Source: Eledone cirrhosa (Eukaryota). From it: a DNA stretch of 64,000 bases. Position 1 is the stretch's first letter; the number at the start of each line of letters is the position of its first letter. Location of the stretch: positions 24,986,001 through 25,050,000 of the forward strand of contig OZ024742.1 in assembly GCA_964016885.1 (NCBI GenBank). Reading direction: 5' to 3'. Both the position numbers and the translations under genes were made by a program. Below the pieces are notes generated by a model that saw nothing but the letters and a program-made list of their open reading frames with translations, was not told the DNA's origin and did not search any database. Below, piece by piece: positions 41,415-55,719 of the stretch.

Positions 41415-41712
41415 TCCAAATAGAGCCATACTTCTCCGAATTGAGAGATCACAAATCTAATATTAGTGACGTGGTTAGAGTGACTCAGGAAAGAATTACT
41501 GGACAAATTTTACAGGCAAAAACTGTCAGGAGAATCAGGAATAGACCCAGAGCAAAATGGTTGGATATCATCCATGCCCTCAGTTGGACTTGCTCAGGGA
41601 TCCAGCCAGATATATTGGAGATGGTTGTCTCTGATAGAATGTGCTGGAAGGCAAGCTTGAGGATTCTCCTTCCATGACCCTCCAAGGAATAAATGGGTGA
41701 AGAAGAAAGAAT
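41415..41712 (+). mobile_element. RTE-like LINE 3' fragment with (GAA)n tail
   Basis: VVRVTQERITGQILQAK..RNRPRAKWLDII..DRMCWK; related copies at 57345-57552 (+) and 60084-60282 (-). Confidence 0.7.
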
Positions 41713-43799
41713 GAAAGCAAACACTTGGCTGAGTGATATATCTCACTAGCACCTGACAGATAAGATTGTATAAACATTGCTCTGGATAGTAGCCAGTGAC
41801 ACCCACTGTATCAGCTACTACACCTCAGAAGGCCCCTTTCTCAGGTAGGATAAACTCCTAATTTTTTTTTGAAAAATTCGAAATGTAGTTATCTCAATGT
41901 AAATGACTATGTTAATAGTCGATCAAGTGGATAAAATACCCCAAAAGATGGAAAAATGTGAATCGAAATCCTTGCGAGGAATCAAGCCCTGTATCTCTTA
42001 AACACTGGGCAAGAGCATTAATTATTATACTGAAGAATCTCTGATAACTGATTGGTTGCTGTTGCTCAACTATATTTCAAATTTCTTTACAGCTTCTTAT
42101 GTCAAGTGACTCTTTACAGTTGAAAATGTTTAGAAGCAGACTTTTACAGCCAGATGCCATTCCTGACAACCTCAGCACTTTTAGATGCCACATTTGATAA
42201 ATTATGGAATGTTTTGCTCATTCTAAAACCTAATACATATGGATAATATTTAATATTTTTGTATTTCCGAATTCATTCCTCGTCTCTCATCATTCTCTCC
42301 CTAAAACAGTATTTTTAACCATAGATGCCATAACTAAATATATTAGTTTACTCATCTCTCACCATTTTCTCCCTAAAACACTATGTAGCCAGAATTCTCT
42401 CACCACTTTCTGTTCAAACCGATCATAATAAGCCGCTCATACTAATATTAAGGTGTTGTCTTCAAAATAAATATCAACATCTTGTATTTTCAATATTATG
42501 TCGGATAATTATGTGAGATAAAGCCTTTTCTGTGAAAATACAACAGTAAATATAGAGTCATGTGAATGCTGAAGGGTTAAACATAGATGCTACAAATAAA
42601 TATATCAGTTTATTCAAAATATTATCCTAAATTCTATCAGATTCCATTATATTCCAATAATTTGTTTAAATAGCAAAACAAATTCATATTTTAACTTTTT
42701 TCATTTTACTTTATTTTTCATTAATGATTTTCTTTATTTTGTTTTCTTGTTTCTTTTATTTTTTAATATAAAAATCATTATTTTGTTTTTATCTCTTCAT
42801 TTCTTTCCTGTAATGAAATTAAAATGATTATATCTCACCCAATCATTTTTTTTCTTTTACGCTAGCTTTCATCTATAAACCTTTCATTTATCAAATTTAT
42901 TTAATTTTCAAATTTTCGAAATTAAAAATCTCCAGAACAAGAACTTCTTCAATTGTTTTCTTCCACTTTAAGGCATAAATCAACATTGTTTCAAACAAAC
43001 AAAAATATCAACTACAACAAAAAATATGGAAAATACTGGAAATGGAGATGAGTTAAGATGGCATTCATTTGAAAAAAAAATTGCAATTAATAAAATGAGA
43101 AGGTATTTGTACTGTGTCAAGTAGGATCAGGCATTATTTCATTTAACAAAATGACATATCTTTGGAGACCAATTAGATAAAAAATACACAAAATATTTGT
43201 TTATTTTTTGAGAAGTTAATAATATTTCAATGATTGTTGTTCTTCTTGGTCTCCTAGTTCTTCACCAGGGTTGTTATATCATTTGTAATCTACAATTCTA
43301 TTATTTTTCATCATTTTCTTCCCATGACAAATGATTTCTTAACCAGAAAACAGTAAACAGTGTTTACCGCGTTGTTGGTGTTGGTGTTTTTCTATTACAA
43401 TGTATCTTTGATATTTTATCACAGTTTGGTATTAAGCAATGATATTTAGTTCATTTGATAACTTCTATTATCTGTGTCTGATGATTTAATAACATCGTCG
43501 TCTTCATCATTGTTATATCTTACTACCATATCTTGCTTCGATTTTTCTATTACACACGTTTCACATAATATCATCATGAATCTGTCCAACCCATGCAAGC
43601 ATGGAAAAGTGGGCAGAAAAATGATGATGATGATAATGAAGATGAATCATGTTCCCAGAACTATTGCAGCCAGTGATTGTGGTTGCACTCTCGACACTTT
43701 CGTAGTCAGCCGTCACCCCTAGTCTCTATGCTCTGTCATGAGTAAAATAGTCTTGGCTTTGATTCTGCAAATCTGTCACCCTCAGGCCATTGATAACAA

Positions 43800-43970
43800 T
43801 AATAAATGTTTCTACTTCTGGCACAAGGCCAACAATTGTCCCAGTGTATTACTGGTACTTTATTTTATCGACCCCATAAGGATGAAAGACAAAGTCGACC
43901 TCGGCGGGATTTGAACTCAGACCATGCTGCAAAGCATGGCATCTGACCCTCTACTGATACTGCCAATCCT
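43800..43970 (-). mobile_element. SINE family A
   Basis: Reverse-complement match. Confidence 0.85.
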
Positions 43971-45094
43971 AATAATAAGGTGTCACAAAAGATGCACCTA
44001 GTACATCCTGTAAGGTGGTTGGTAATATGAAGGGCATTCAGCTGTAGGAACTATGCCAATATAGAATGTAACATTCAAGATGGATGGCTGCAACATTTCT
44101 AGTATTGAACCATTACAACCTGTCCAACCCATATCAGTTTGGAAAGTAGTAATAAAATGATGATGATGATGATGATGATGATATGATGGCTTTAACATCA
44201 ACTTGGCTATTTATTATTACAGAAGGTAGAATTTCCTGGAAATGTGGTGGAGAACATGAGAGATTATGTTCATCATCATCATATTATGTCTGCTTTCTAT
44301 ATTAGCATGGGTTAGGATTATCACTGTCCAAGAGCAAATTAGTCGAAATGACCTATCTTGCTCATACATTCCATATTTGGCATGGTTTCTATGGCAAGTT
44401 ACCCTTCCTAATGCCAACCACATTACTGTGTATAATGTTTGTACTACCCAGAGTACTACATTACAGAGTGTATTAAACAGATCTTTTCCCCTGGGACCAA
44501 CAGTAACACTTTACAGGGTGTGCTGGATACATATTATCATGACACTGACAAGCGATATTGTCACTTGTTCATTTAAACTAAAGGTTACTCTCAAACACCA
44601 CATTATCTTCATTTAATTGCCACCTCTTTGGCCTCAAGTCTTGCATTATATTTACTCTTAGTGTCACAATGTTTGTACATGTGGGAGTGGTCTTTTTGTA
44701 TTATGACATATCGCAAGTCAGCACAATCCTATTTCATCACTTTTATGAGGTTCAGTTCTTTGCTTTTTTTTTAGGTCATTCTTCATATTGTTGAAATAGA
44801 ATGATTCAGCAAGAAAATTCCAGAATGCCAGTAATGTTGTAAAGACAAAAATATAACTACAACACAGGAAAGTAATGGCTGACATTGGAAATATTGTGAA
44901 CAGTAATAAATGAGGAATTGAAATATATAAATATATAATGAAATAGCAATAGAAAATGGTAGGAAAGAGAAGAGTTAAACAAAAAATAACAACACACAAA
45001 ACAGTTTTTTATTGAGAGAGAGAGATTCCTGCAAATTGTAAAGGTAGAGAGATGAATTATTAACTGAATGGAATATGGTATACCTTAGGTTATA

Positions 45095-45607
45095 TTGGTG
45101 AGAGAGGGAGAGGAGGTAGAGTGTGGTGAGAGAGAGAGAGAGAGAGAGAGAAGGGAGTCTGATGAGAGAGGAGGGAGGGGGGGAGAGAAAAGAAGTGTGG
45201 CAGAGAGGGGTTGTGTGGAAGAGAGAAAAAGGGGTAGAACAGAGAGATTGGGTATGGTGAAGAAAGGGAGAGTGATAGGGGGGGGGGTGAATAAGAGAGA
45301 GAGGTTGTTTGGAAGAGAGAAAGAGTGTGGCAAATGGGGTTATGGGGGACAAGAGAGGAGTGTGGGAGATAAAGGGGGTGGAGCAGAGTGAGAGAGGGAA
45401 AGAAAGGAAATATGTGGCAGAGAAATACATAGTGAGGGAGAGACAAGAGAGAGTGCATCAGAGAGAGTGAGAGAAGGGGGTGGGAAAAGAGGGGTTATGG
45501 AAAGAGGAGAGAAAATGTGTGTGTCAGAGGGAGAGGGTTTGGGAAAGAAAGGGAGTATGTAGCAGAAAGAGGGTGGATTAGGGAGACAGGGGAAAGAGCA
45601 GGATGTT

Positions 45608-45661
<54 letters not shown>

Positions 45662-45707
45662 GTGTCAGATAGAGGATGTCACAGATAGATAGATAGATAG
45701 AGAGAGA

Positions 45708-45765
<58 letters not shown>

Positions 45766-46060
45766 AGGGTGTCAGATAGAGGATGTCATAGAGAGAGAGA
45801 GGGAGGAGGGTGTCAGATAAAAGATGTCAGAGAGAGAGAGAGAGAAGGGTGTCAGATAGAGGATGTCGTAGAGAGAGAGAGAGGGAGAAGGGTGTCAGAT
45901 AGAAGATGTCCGAGAGAGAGAGAGAGAGAGAGAGAGAAGGCTGTCAGATAGAGGATGTCATAGAGAGAGAGAGAGGGAGAAGGGTGTCAGATAGAAGATG
46001 TCATAGAGAGAGAGAGAGAGAGAGAGAGAAGGGTGTCAGATAGAGGATGTGAGAGAAAGA
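45095..46060. repeat. purine-rich/(GA)n tract with AGGGTGTCAGATAGAGGATGTC minisatellite
   Basis: About 8 motif copies separated by variable (GA)n. Confidence 0.9.
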
Positions 46061-46408
46061 AGGGCATTTGATATAAGGTAAGAGAGAGATAAAGGGTATG
46101 TTGGAGAGATGGCTGTTAGTTTTGGGTTGTTAGAGTGAGAGAAGGGTGTTAGAGAGAGGGTGTGTAGGAGAGAGTGAAAAGATGGGACTAAGATATGCTA
46201 AAAGAATAAATCTGAGGTATAGTTATTAGATTAATTTTGGTGTATAACAAGAATCAACGGAAAAAGAAGCAATAAAAACAAAAAGCAAAACAAGAAAGGT
46301 TGCAGTAGAACTAATATAATATTGTATATGTGGTGAGGGAAGGATATATATATATATATATATATTAAAATATAAATATTAATAAAATAGATGTTCTTTT
46401 GATCAATT

Positions 46409-46465
46409 ACATTTTATTATACATATTTCGGATGTACAACAGTACGTCCTCATCAGACAAAATAT
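46409..46465 (-). ncRNA. minimal type I hammerhead ribozyme (Penelope-type) in a (TA)n-flanked cassette (~46366-46602)
   Basis: ATATTTTGT-CTGATGA-GGACGTAC-TGTT-GTACATCC-GAAA-TATGTA-TA-ATAAAATGT: 9-bp stem I (two G.U), stem II 7/8 with G-C closing pair, intact core, quasi-palindromic stem III, AUA site. Confidence 0.85.
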
Positions 46466-46647
46466 AATGATATATGACATACCCTGAGATGTTAAATGGT
46501 TAAGATTTAATCAAGGTAGTACTACCTTGGTTAGTTTCAGAAGATCCCGTTAAGGGTGAAAGCAGCGATTCTTTGCTTAAACTTTAATCTGTTATTTTAA
46601 TAAATATATATATATATATATGAAAAATAAAATCATCATTATATATA

Positions 46648-46712
<65 letters not shown>

Positions 46713-46714
<2 letters not shown>

Positions 46715-46869
46715 CAAAGGAATTGTGGTAAAGAACCTGATGGACCATAACGCACCAGAGTACTCAATACTTAGGGTAGTAGAGTGGGAAATAGGAAAAA
46801 GTATGACCCCAACTCCAGTCCAGAAATAGCTGTCGAAACGGCTTGAGCTCTGCCGTCGGGGTCATACAT

Positions 46870-46873
<4 letters not shown>
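46713..46873 (+). mobile_element. (TA)n-embedded cassette family C, copy 3
   Basis: Homologous 5' part to 7655-7773; TAGCTGTCGAAACGGC..GAGCTC.GCCGTC shared with 34344-34477; stem GTATGACCCC/GGGGTCATAC. Confidence 0.8.
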
Positions 46874-46949
<76 letters not shown>

Positions 46950-47377
46950 TATCATCCTTGTCATATATATATATATATTAAAAATAAAATCATCGTTATA
47001 TATACATATATATGATGATATATATGTATATATACATGTACATATATTTTTAGCAATGTATGGAAAACTGTTGTTGACAGATGAATATATCAAGTTGAAG
47101 CTTTAAGACAAAAATGTTCTTCAGTCCATACAGAAGATGTGAATAGATATAAACAAGATTTAATTTGTTGAGTTCAACAGGAAAACATATATATAACTAT
47201 GGAGAATATCACTTGTATGAAGTAAAATGTCAGGAAAAGAATATCTTCATACATGATATATGTATATATTGCATATATATATATATAAACATGCATATAT
47301 GTGTGTGTGTTTGTATTTATGTGTGTGTGTGTGTATATATATATATACATACTCCTATATGTGGATGGATATCTATA

Positions 47378-47442
<65 letters not shown>

Positions 47443-48184
47443 ATGACAATAACACTGTAAATTGAAGAGAAAGCCAAAAGGGGCAACATGGAAAATTTCC
47501 CAATAGATTGAATGAGGTTTACAAACAAAGTATAGAAACTGTCTCAGATAGTTGAATGGTGCAAGGAAACAATTTGTTCTGACAATCTTACACAATCGGT
47601 GTGATTCCTGCCTGAATCTGAACAAAATACAAACAAAAAAAAAAAACAGCATCAGACAAAAATCTAAAAGAAAACCAAAGAAAAACCCTCAGAAATGTTC
47701 AGATGTAAGCTGCAGATCACATGATCACATACCAGCATTTGTACAATACAATAAACTGTAATAAAATGTAAAAACATGGTATGGATAGAGCAGATCCTAC
47801 ACATAATTTGAGAATATAAATCTTTGTAGCAGAGTAAAGTCATATTAAAAACACATAAAGATCGCCACCAATCTCACAAAAGATACCACAATTCCTTCAT
47901 TTGCTCTGCCTTTATTTTTATTGCTTGCGTGTGAATGTGGCTTTAGATTAAAGCAATTACAAAGATCTTGTAAGAAAGCTCGCTCAGCTTGACATCGCCA
48001 TGTGAGGAAAAACTAAGATACTTAAATAATAATAGTGGTAGTAGTTGTAGCAGTAGTAGTAGTAGCAATATTAACATGTTAATAACATTAATATCTGGAA
48101 TAATAACAGTATCTTACATTAGCAGGAAATCATAAATATTAAAGGTAGGCCTTTGACTGTAATAATAATAATTCATTTAAATAA

Positions 48185-48225
48185 TAATAGTAGTAGTAGT
48201 TTTAATAGTAGAACATATGTAGTTT

Positions 48226-48295
<70 letters not shown>

Positions 48296-48302
48296 AACAT
48301 AT

Positions 48303-48378
<76 letters not shown>

Positions 48379-48420
48379 AACATATGTAGTAGTAGTAGTG
48401 GTGGTAGTAGTAGTAGTAGT
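48185..48420. repeat. (TAG)n microsatellite interrupted by AACATATG
   Basis: Directly visible. Confidence 0.95.
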
Positions 48421-48810
48421 TGGCAGTATCGGTGGAGGGTCGGACGCCATGCTTTCCAGCATAGTTACGTCCCTTTACGATCTGAGTTCAAATCTCGCTG
48501 AGGTTGACTTTGCCTTTCATCCTTACGGGGTCGATAAAATAAAGTACCAGTAATTAACTGGGTAATTGCTGGCCTTGTGCCTAAAGTAGAAACAGTTATT
48601 ACTAATACAATGATGGTGTTGGATTGGCAGTATTGGTAGAGGGTCGGACGCCATGCTTTGATGCATAGAGTTACGGCCCTTGCCATTCTGAGTTCAAATC
48701 CCGCCGAGGTTAACTTTGCCTTTCATCCTTATGGGATCGATAAAATAAAGTACCAGTATTGTACTGGGTAATTGCTGGCCTTACCCCTAACGTAGAAACA
48801 ATTATTACTA
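48420..48810 (+). mobile_element. two head-to-tail SINE family A copies
   Basis: Second copy is bounded by TTATTACTAATACAAT at 48596-48611 and 48802-48817. Confidence 0.9.
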
Positions 48811-49644
48811 ATACAATAATTCTAGTCTTCATCGTTGCAACCACAGCTAAACATTTCTGACAAAGTCCGTCCTTAATTCATGATTTTCCATTGTTCCTGG
48901 CAACAGCTCTTTACTGAGGTTTGTATCATCTGAGAGTTGATCGATGAATGTTCAAGCAGGTCTTTCTCTACAGCCTCTCCTGTGAGTTAGTTCCCACAAT
49001 AGATATAGATAGATATCTCATTATCATTGTGACCACAGTCAAATATTCCTGACAAAATCTCTCCTCATTTCATGATTTTCGATTAGTTTCCTGGGTGTCA
49101 CAAGAATGTAATATGTCTCAACATCAGTAATGACAGTAAGAGATGACACAACAACAACTACCATTTAACTATATATTTAATAGATTTAAACGTCCGTATA
49201 GAGCTAGTAAGCTGTGACAGATTAGGAGGAGTATTTAGTACTTCTTACAGTTGAGAAACAAAAAAAAGAATAGAAAAGAAGGCTATATAAGTATAAAATA
49301 AAAATAAAGAAAAAATGAGAAACAAGTTGTTTAGAACAAAATAAAAGTCCTTACTTAATATTATGATGAAGGGTTTTCAGATAAATATAAATAGTTCAAA
49401 ACAAAATGTTTTGTGACATTGAATTAGGGGCTGTTTCAGGGGTTGGGTGGGTTGATATCAAAAGGTTAACATGTATCTGTGCGTGTATCTATATGTGGCT
49501 AAGTATTTGTGTGTGTGTGAATGTGTGTGTAGATGGACCACTAGTTCACTGTGTAACTTTACCTGGTAGTTACACCTGTATTCTCTCTCTCAAGGTATAT
49601 CAATGACTTTTAATATTTACAAAAATATATTCTCTTATAAAATA

Positions 49645-51010
49645 TCCCCCCCCCCCCTCTCTCTCTCTCTCTCTCCTCTTTTGTCTCCCTCTCTTATTTA
49701 TCTATTCCTCCTCTCTCACACTTTATGTCTGTCTCTCATTGTGTCTATCTGTTTGTCACACTCTCTCTCCCTTCATTTTGTTTCACTTTTTCTCTCCTTC
49801 TGTTTCATTCTCTCTTTTACTATCCCTCTCTATGAGGTATCCTCCTTTTCTTTCTCTCTAGGTATCTTTGATTCTCTCTATCTCTCTCTCTCTCCCTTCC
49901 CTCTCACTATTTCCCCTCTCTCTATCCCACTCCCTCTCCATCTTTCCTCTCTCTCCCCTCTCCCACTATCTCTATTTCCCTCTCCCTCTTTCTCTCCCTG
50001 CCTTACCCCCTCTCTACCCCCACCTCTCTCTCTTTCTCTCTCTCTCTCTCATGTGCCAATGTTCACTGTTCTGTTAGTCTCAAACCAATAGGCATGTTAG
50101 TCAACAGTCTGTGAAATATTGCCATTTTCATCTCATCCATCCTCCCAACACCACACCACCACCACTCCCTCCACACTACCTTCAATATCTGCACCACCTG
50201 CATCACCACCTGCACCACCACTATACCACTTCTAGTACCACCTCCTGCACCACCACCATACTACTGCCTTCAATACCTACGCCACCTCCACCACCACTAT
50301 CACCACAATGCCTCCACCCCTACTTCTACTACCAGCACCAACACCATCACAACTGCTACCACCACACCAACACTGCATCTATCCCCACTACCACCATCAC
50401 ACCACTGCACTGCTTCCACACCACCACCACTACCACATAGCTGCATTGCCACATCCATCACGAGCACCATCTACTACCACCACCACCACACTGCCTTCAC
50501 ATGGCAGCACCACCACCACTAACACCACATCACTGTTGTACTACTGCCACCACCACACTGCCTTCACATGGTGACCCCACCACTACCACAACATCATCAT
50601 ATCACTACACTGCCTTCACATAGTGACACCACCACCACTAACACCACATCACCACCATACTACTGCCACCACCACACTGCCTTCACATGGTGACCCTACC
50701 ACCACCACAACATCATCATATTACTACATTGCCTTCACATGGCGACACCACCACCACCACCACAACATTATCATATCACTACACTGCCTTCACATGGCGA
50801 CACCACCACCACTAACACCACATCATTGCCAAACTAGTGCCACTACCACCAAAATGCCTCCACACTATGACCACTAGTATTACAGAGCCATAACACATCA
50901 ACTAGCCAACCCACCATCACCAACACCATGTCTCCACACTACTACCACCACCACTACCACACAGCCACACCACTCCAACTATACAATACCACTTTACCAT
51001 CAACCCAGCA
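49645..51010. repeat. CT-rich tract followed by (CAC)n-rich tract with CACTGCCTTCACATGG minisatellite
   Basis: Directly visible. Confidence 0.85.
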
Positions 51011-51329
51011 ACCTATAACAAATGACATTCAACATTGTTTCAACAATGTCCTTGTTTGTTATTTTCAAGAAAAACCTCCTCCTCCACCACCCCTTTCCCC
51101 CCTCCAACTAATTATTCCTATAGTGATTGTTACTTTCTCTCTTTCCTTCTTTGTTTATTTGTGTCCCCCATCTTCCCCACCCATGACGACACCAAAATCT
51201 CAGACTCAACCATGGTTGACTAAAGCTTGATTCTGACTTATTAAATCTTGATTTTTTTTTCCACAAATCTTTATAACATTGATTTTTTAAAGAATTTTCA
51301 CTAGAAGAAATAATAATAATAATAATAAT

Positions 51330-51399
<70 letters not shown>

Positions 51400-51624
51400 G
51401 CAATGACAACAATAACGATAAATGTACTGTTTTTCTTTTGTTCACTTTTTTGGAAATAAAAGGGAGAAAAAATGGAAATTTGTTAGAATTCAGATAAATT
51501 TTATTTTTGTTTCGTTAAATTCATTTACCATATTTTTATTTATTTATCTATGTATGTGTGTGTGTGTTTGTGCCTCTGTTTGTGTTTGAGTGTATATGTG
51601 TATTTGTGTGTGTGTATCACTGTG

Positions 51625-51661
<37 letters not shown>

Positions 51662-51842
51662 GTGTGTACATGTGTTTATATATCTGTGTGTTTGTGAGTG
51701 TGTGTATATATATATATATATTTATATATATATTTGTGTGTGCATGCATATGGATATGTATGTGTATATCTGTGTGTGCATTCTTTTCTTTCTAGTATGA
51801 ACACTGTTTTCTCTATAGATTCTTTCTGATATTTCTTATATA

Positions 51843-52480
51843 TGGTCTGTCAAAAAAGTATCCAACCTCAGGCTATGAAACAAAATTTATGTACTTTATG
51901 TCGTTCAAATGGAGGTTCAAATGCTAATCCCCTTCGAAGTAGGTTCCTTGTGTCTTTGCACATATAGTCTAGCAATCCTTCCACTCTTCGAAGCATGTCT
52001 AGAATTCTTCTACCAGAATTGGCTCTCACCTCTGTCCTTGCATTCCACATGATGTACTCTTGGCTCTCTTAGTGGCTGCTTTTCAGCAGTGCCATCTTCA
52101 TTTTCATAAGGAACCATGTCAGAGAGATTAGAGAACTTGGCAAATCGAATATCTTTCTTTGCCAAGAAACCTTGCTTCATTAGAGTTGGAGTGCCTTCAT
52201 GATGCAATTGCCAATTTTGCAAGGCCTATAAATCTGGTGTCTTGCCCAAACTGCATTACAAAGATATTGGAGGCCTTCTTTATTGTACACCTTTGTAACT
52301 GTTTGTCTTTCTGAGGCATTTCATATTCCTGGGCAAAACACGTCATTAGTTGAAGAAAACAGATGGCACCACCTTGAATTTTTCTACACCTGACTTGCTT
52401 TGGTGGAGATTTAGTGACATTGAATGCTTCCAATGTGATCACTGAGCTTTTGTACCTGTTGCACACTCACATCTCATCTC
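51843..52480 (-). pseudogene. decayed mariner transposon (3' half of transposase plus one TIR)
   Basis: TA-TGGTCTGTCAAAAAAGTATCC TIR-like end; fragments SPPKQVR.. and NWQLHHEGTP..FLAKK resemble mariner SPxPKK and WxLHHDNAP..FLAK; many frameshifts. Confidence 0.75.
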
Positions 52481-52632
52481 TATATATCATGGGATTCAGC
52501 GACTTAGAACTCTTGGCAGTATTGGGTGTAATGAAAATGTGACAAATATATAGTACAGCCCTTCAAAACTTGGCTGTCTTACAGCTACTGATGTTTCCAG
52601 TGAACTTACCAAAAGCTACACACTTCCATTAA

Positions 52633-52768
52633 CCCTTTAAGATAATTTTCTCAAAATAAATAATGTCAAACTCTCGTAGATTCGATATTGTGTGAGATAA
52701 TTAGATGAAATAAAGTGTTTACCATGAAAATACAATAGTAAATATAGAGTAATGTAAATGCTAATGGG
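52633..52768. mobile_element. piggyBac-type MITE
   Basis: TTAA|CCCTTTA...TAATGGG|TTAA; related right end at ~42490-42580. Confidence 0.7.
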
Positions 52769-53069
52769 TTAATCTATTAGACTTCACTTTACATCCTGCC
52801 TCCCTAACGTTATTACTTCTCATGGCAGAAAATAAAGCTGGATACTTTTTCGCCAGACCTTGTATATTTGGAAATAAAACATTCTGTAGACAAACACAAA
52901 ATAGACATGAACACAAAATTAAAAATTTTAAAAATCTTCTCTGCAATTCTTTATAGATTTCTTCTGTCTTTTCCTTCCATCTGTGAAATAATATCAACTG
53001 AATAGAAAAGTGATTATTTTTAGCTATTTTAGTATGACATGAGCTGTTTTCAGTCACATAATAGTTGAC

Positions 53070-53930
53070 ATTATCATCATCATTATCAACTACACCACTA
53101 ACATTACTTCCATCATCATCATTATCAACTACACCACTAACATTACTTCCATCATCATCATTATCAACTACACCCCTAACATTACTTCCATCATCATCAT
53201 TATCAACTACACCCCTAACATTACTTCCATCATCATCATCATTATCAACTACACCACTAAAACTACCTCAATCATCATCATCATTATCAACTACACCACT
53301 AACATTACTTCCATCATCATCATTATCAACTACACCACTAACATTACCCCCATCATCATCATCATTATCAACTACACCCCTAACATTATTTCCATCATCA
53401 TCATTATCAACTACACCACTAACATTACCCCCATCATCATCATCATTATCAACTACACCACTAACATTACTTCCATCATCATCATTATCAACTACACCAC
53501 TAACATTACCCCCATCATCATCATCATTATCAACTACACCCCTAACATTACTTCCATCATCATCATCATTATCAACTACACCACTAAAATTACCTCCATC
53601 ATCATCATCATTATCAACTACACCCCTAACATTACTTCCATCATCATCATTATTATCAACTACACCACTAACATTACCTCCATTATCATCATCATTATCA
53701 ACTACACCACTAAAATTACCTCCATTATCATCATCATTATCAACTACACCACTAACATTACCCCCATCATCAACATCATTATCAACAACACCATCAACAA
53801 CACCATCAACAATACCATCATCATCATCATCATCATCAACAACATTATCAACAACACCATCAACAACTTCATCTACAACTTCATCATCATCAACATTATT
53901 GCTATCATCATCATCACCATCTGCAACATC
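53070..53930. repeat. 36/39-bp minisatellite (ATTATCAACTACACCACTAACATTACTTC(CAT)n) grading into (CAT/CAA)n
   Basis: About 18 units differing by one CAT. Confidence 0.95.
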
Positions 53931-54661
53931 ATTAAGGCAGGGGATTGGTAGATTCATTAGATCGACTCGCAGAAAAACCACCGTTTGGGTGGTTTTCTGC
54001 TAGCATGTGTAGTGTGTATATTGATATTATACACAGGTATATATACATGTAGATATGATACATCAAATAAAATCTTAATTGACAATATATAATACATAGA
54101 AATTGAACGAAGACTGCGTTACACTGTCTTATGTAATCAGTAACGTAATCCATGATACATTAAAAAAGACGATATTATATATAAACTGCATTAGGTGAAA
54201 ATTAGTGACAGAAAATTATAGTATGTTTATTTAAGCGGTGGCCAACTGGAAGTGTTGACATTTCAGAAATTTTAAAGAAGTGAATCTTTAAATAAACAAA
54301 ATATATTTAATCAACAGCTACGAAATTTAGTAGATAAATTATGAATATTCATTCATTATTTATTCAAAGTAATCCAACTTATTTTACAAACGGGATAAAA
54401 AAAAATAAACCTTACGCAATCCCGCAGACCTTCCTTTATTATAGTTTAGATGTACAAATGCTTCTGACTCTATACATTCTGTGTTCAAATTCCACTGTCT
54501 ACATTATCTTCATCCTTTCATGGTTGATAAAGTCTCATATAAAGCATGTTTTCTCAAACAAGGTATTGTAAATCCAGATATTATGTGATAGCAAACCACA
54601 ACCAGTAGTCTATTAAATAAAAACCATTAATCTGGATACCTAAATATGGAATGTTATGCAA

Positions 54662-55635
54662 TGCCCCCCCCCCCCCCCCCATATCCCTGGCAGACAGGAT
54701 GGAGAAGGTGTTCCCACGGAGGACGGCAAGGGAGATGCACTGGAAAAGCCACTCCAACTCACGGGGTTCACACCTGCTGCTGGCCAGCTCAGCACCTATG
54801 GTGTTGAGTAGGGAGGTAGCCCTAGGGCCGAGGACACCAGAAGTCTCCACTGCCAGGGGTACAACTGCAAACCTGTTGGAGAGCGACCGGTATTTGAGGA
54901 GTTTGGCCCCCTCAGCCCGACATGCAGCCGAACCTGGGTTAGTCGTAGACTGCACCAGGTTGCGGCTGCAGAGAGTGTCGGTGCAAGCCGGTGGAGGCCG
55001 AAAGAGTCCACGGAGGATCCGCAGCGATATTGGTGTGGCTCGCAGATCCGGAGGCCGAGCCTCAAAGAAACGCTGATGTGCAGGCTATTGTTGTCTAGCT
55101 GCGGGCCAGTGGAGAAGGAGGACAGGGCATAGAGCCAGGCACCACTGTGGGGGTTTGAAGGCCGCACGAAAGCAGGCAAGATGATGCTGGTCAAGCTGGC
55201 GCGTGAACCTGTCTGAGGCCAGGCTGCACTGGAAGGCATCCCAAGTGCTTTGGGGGGACTTAATCTCAATAGGGGGAGAAGGAAGGCTAAGTCCCAGCCG
55301 GTCCCACGTTTCATAGGCAGCCTCACGTTCTCTGAATACAGAGGGTTCTATTGTGTTTTGAAGAACCTTGCTGACGAGGACGCGGCACGAAGTTACCAAT
55401 GAAAGATACGCTGGCAAAGCCAGCGAGATCGGGGACCAGAGGCCAAGGCCACCATACCTGACAGGTAAAGTTGCCTGTTGCCATCCAATGTCGTCAAACT
55501 TGACGTTACATATCTCCTCGGCTGTTGCTCGGATACAAGTATCGAGGTCAGCATTGTGGCTGACATTCACCACCTCCGACTTGGCCGAGTTGACCTGGAG
55601 GCCTATTCCCACCAGGGCAGGAACCACCGATTGTA
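54662..55635 (-). mobile_element. CRE-clade non-LTR retrotransposon fragment (RT C-terminus, zinc-knuckle region, restriction-like endonuclease), internally deleted
   Basis: GC-rich; WQQATLPVRYGGLGL, HSGAWL, SLRLGL..H..RCG..VD.FGLH, PLAVETSGVLG, FQCISLAVLRGN; frameshifts. Confidence 0.85.
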
Positions 55636-55719
55636 GAAGTAAAGTACCAGTTAAATGCTAGGGTCAATACAATCAATATTCCCTTTCTCCTACATTGCTG
55701 GCCTGGTGCTAAAATTAGA

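Noticed and set aside
53065-54003. Ser/Thr-rich (+) and Asp-rich (-) ORFs resembling a mucin or an acidic biomineralisation protein
   Set aside because: Both strands are open only because the 36/39-bp units are multiples of 3; the called starts are non-ATG, with no signal peptide or splice support. Revisit only if transcripts exist
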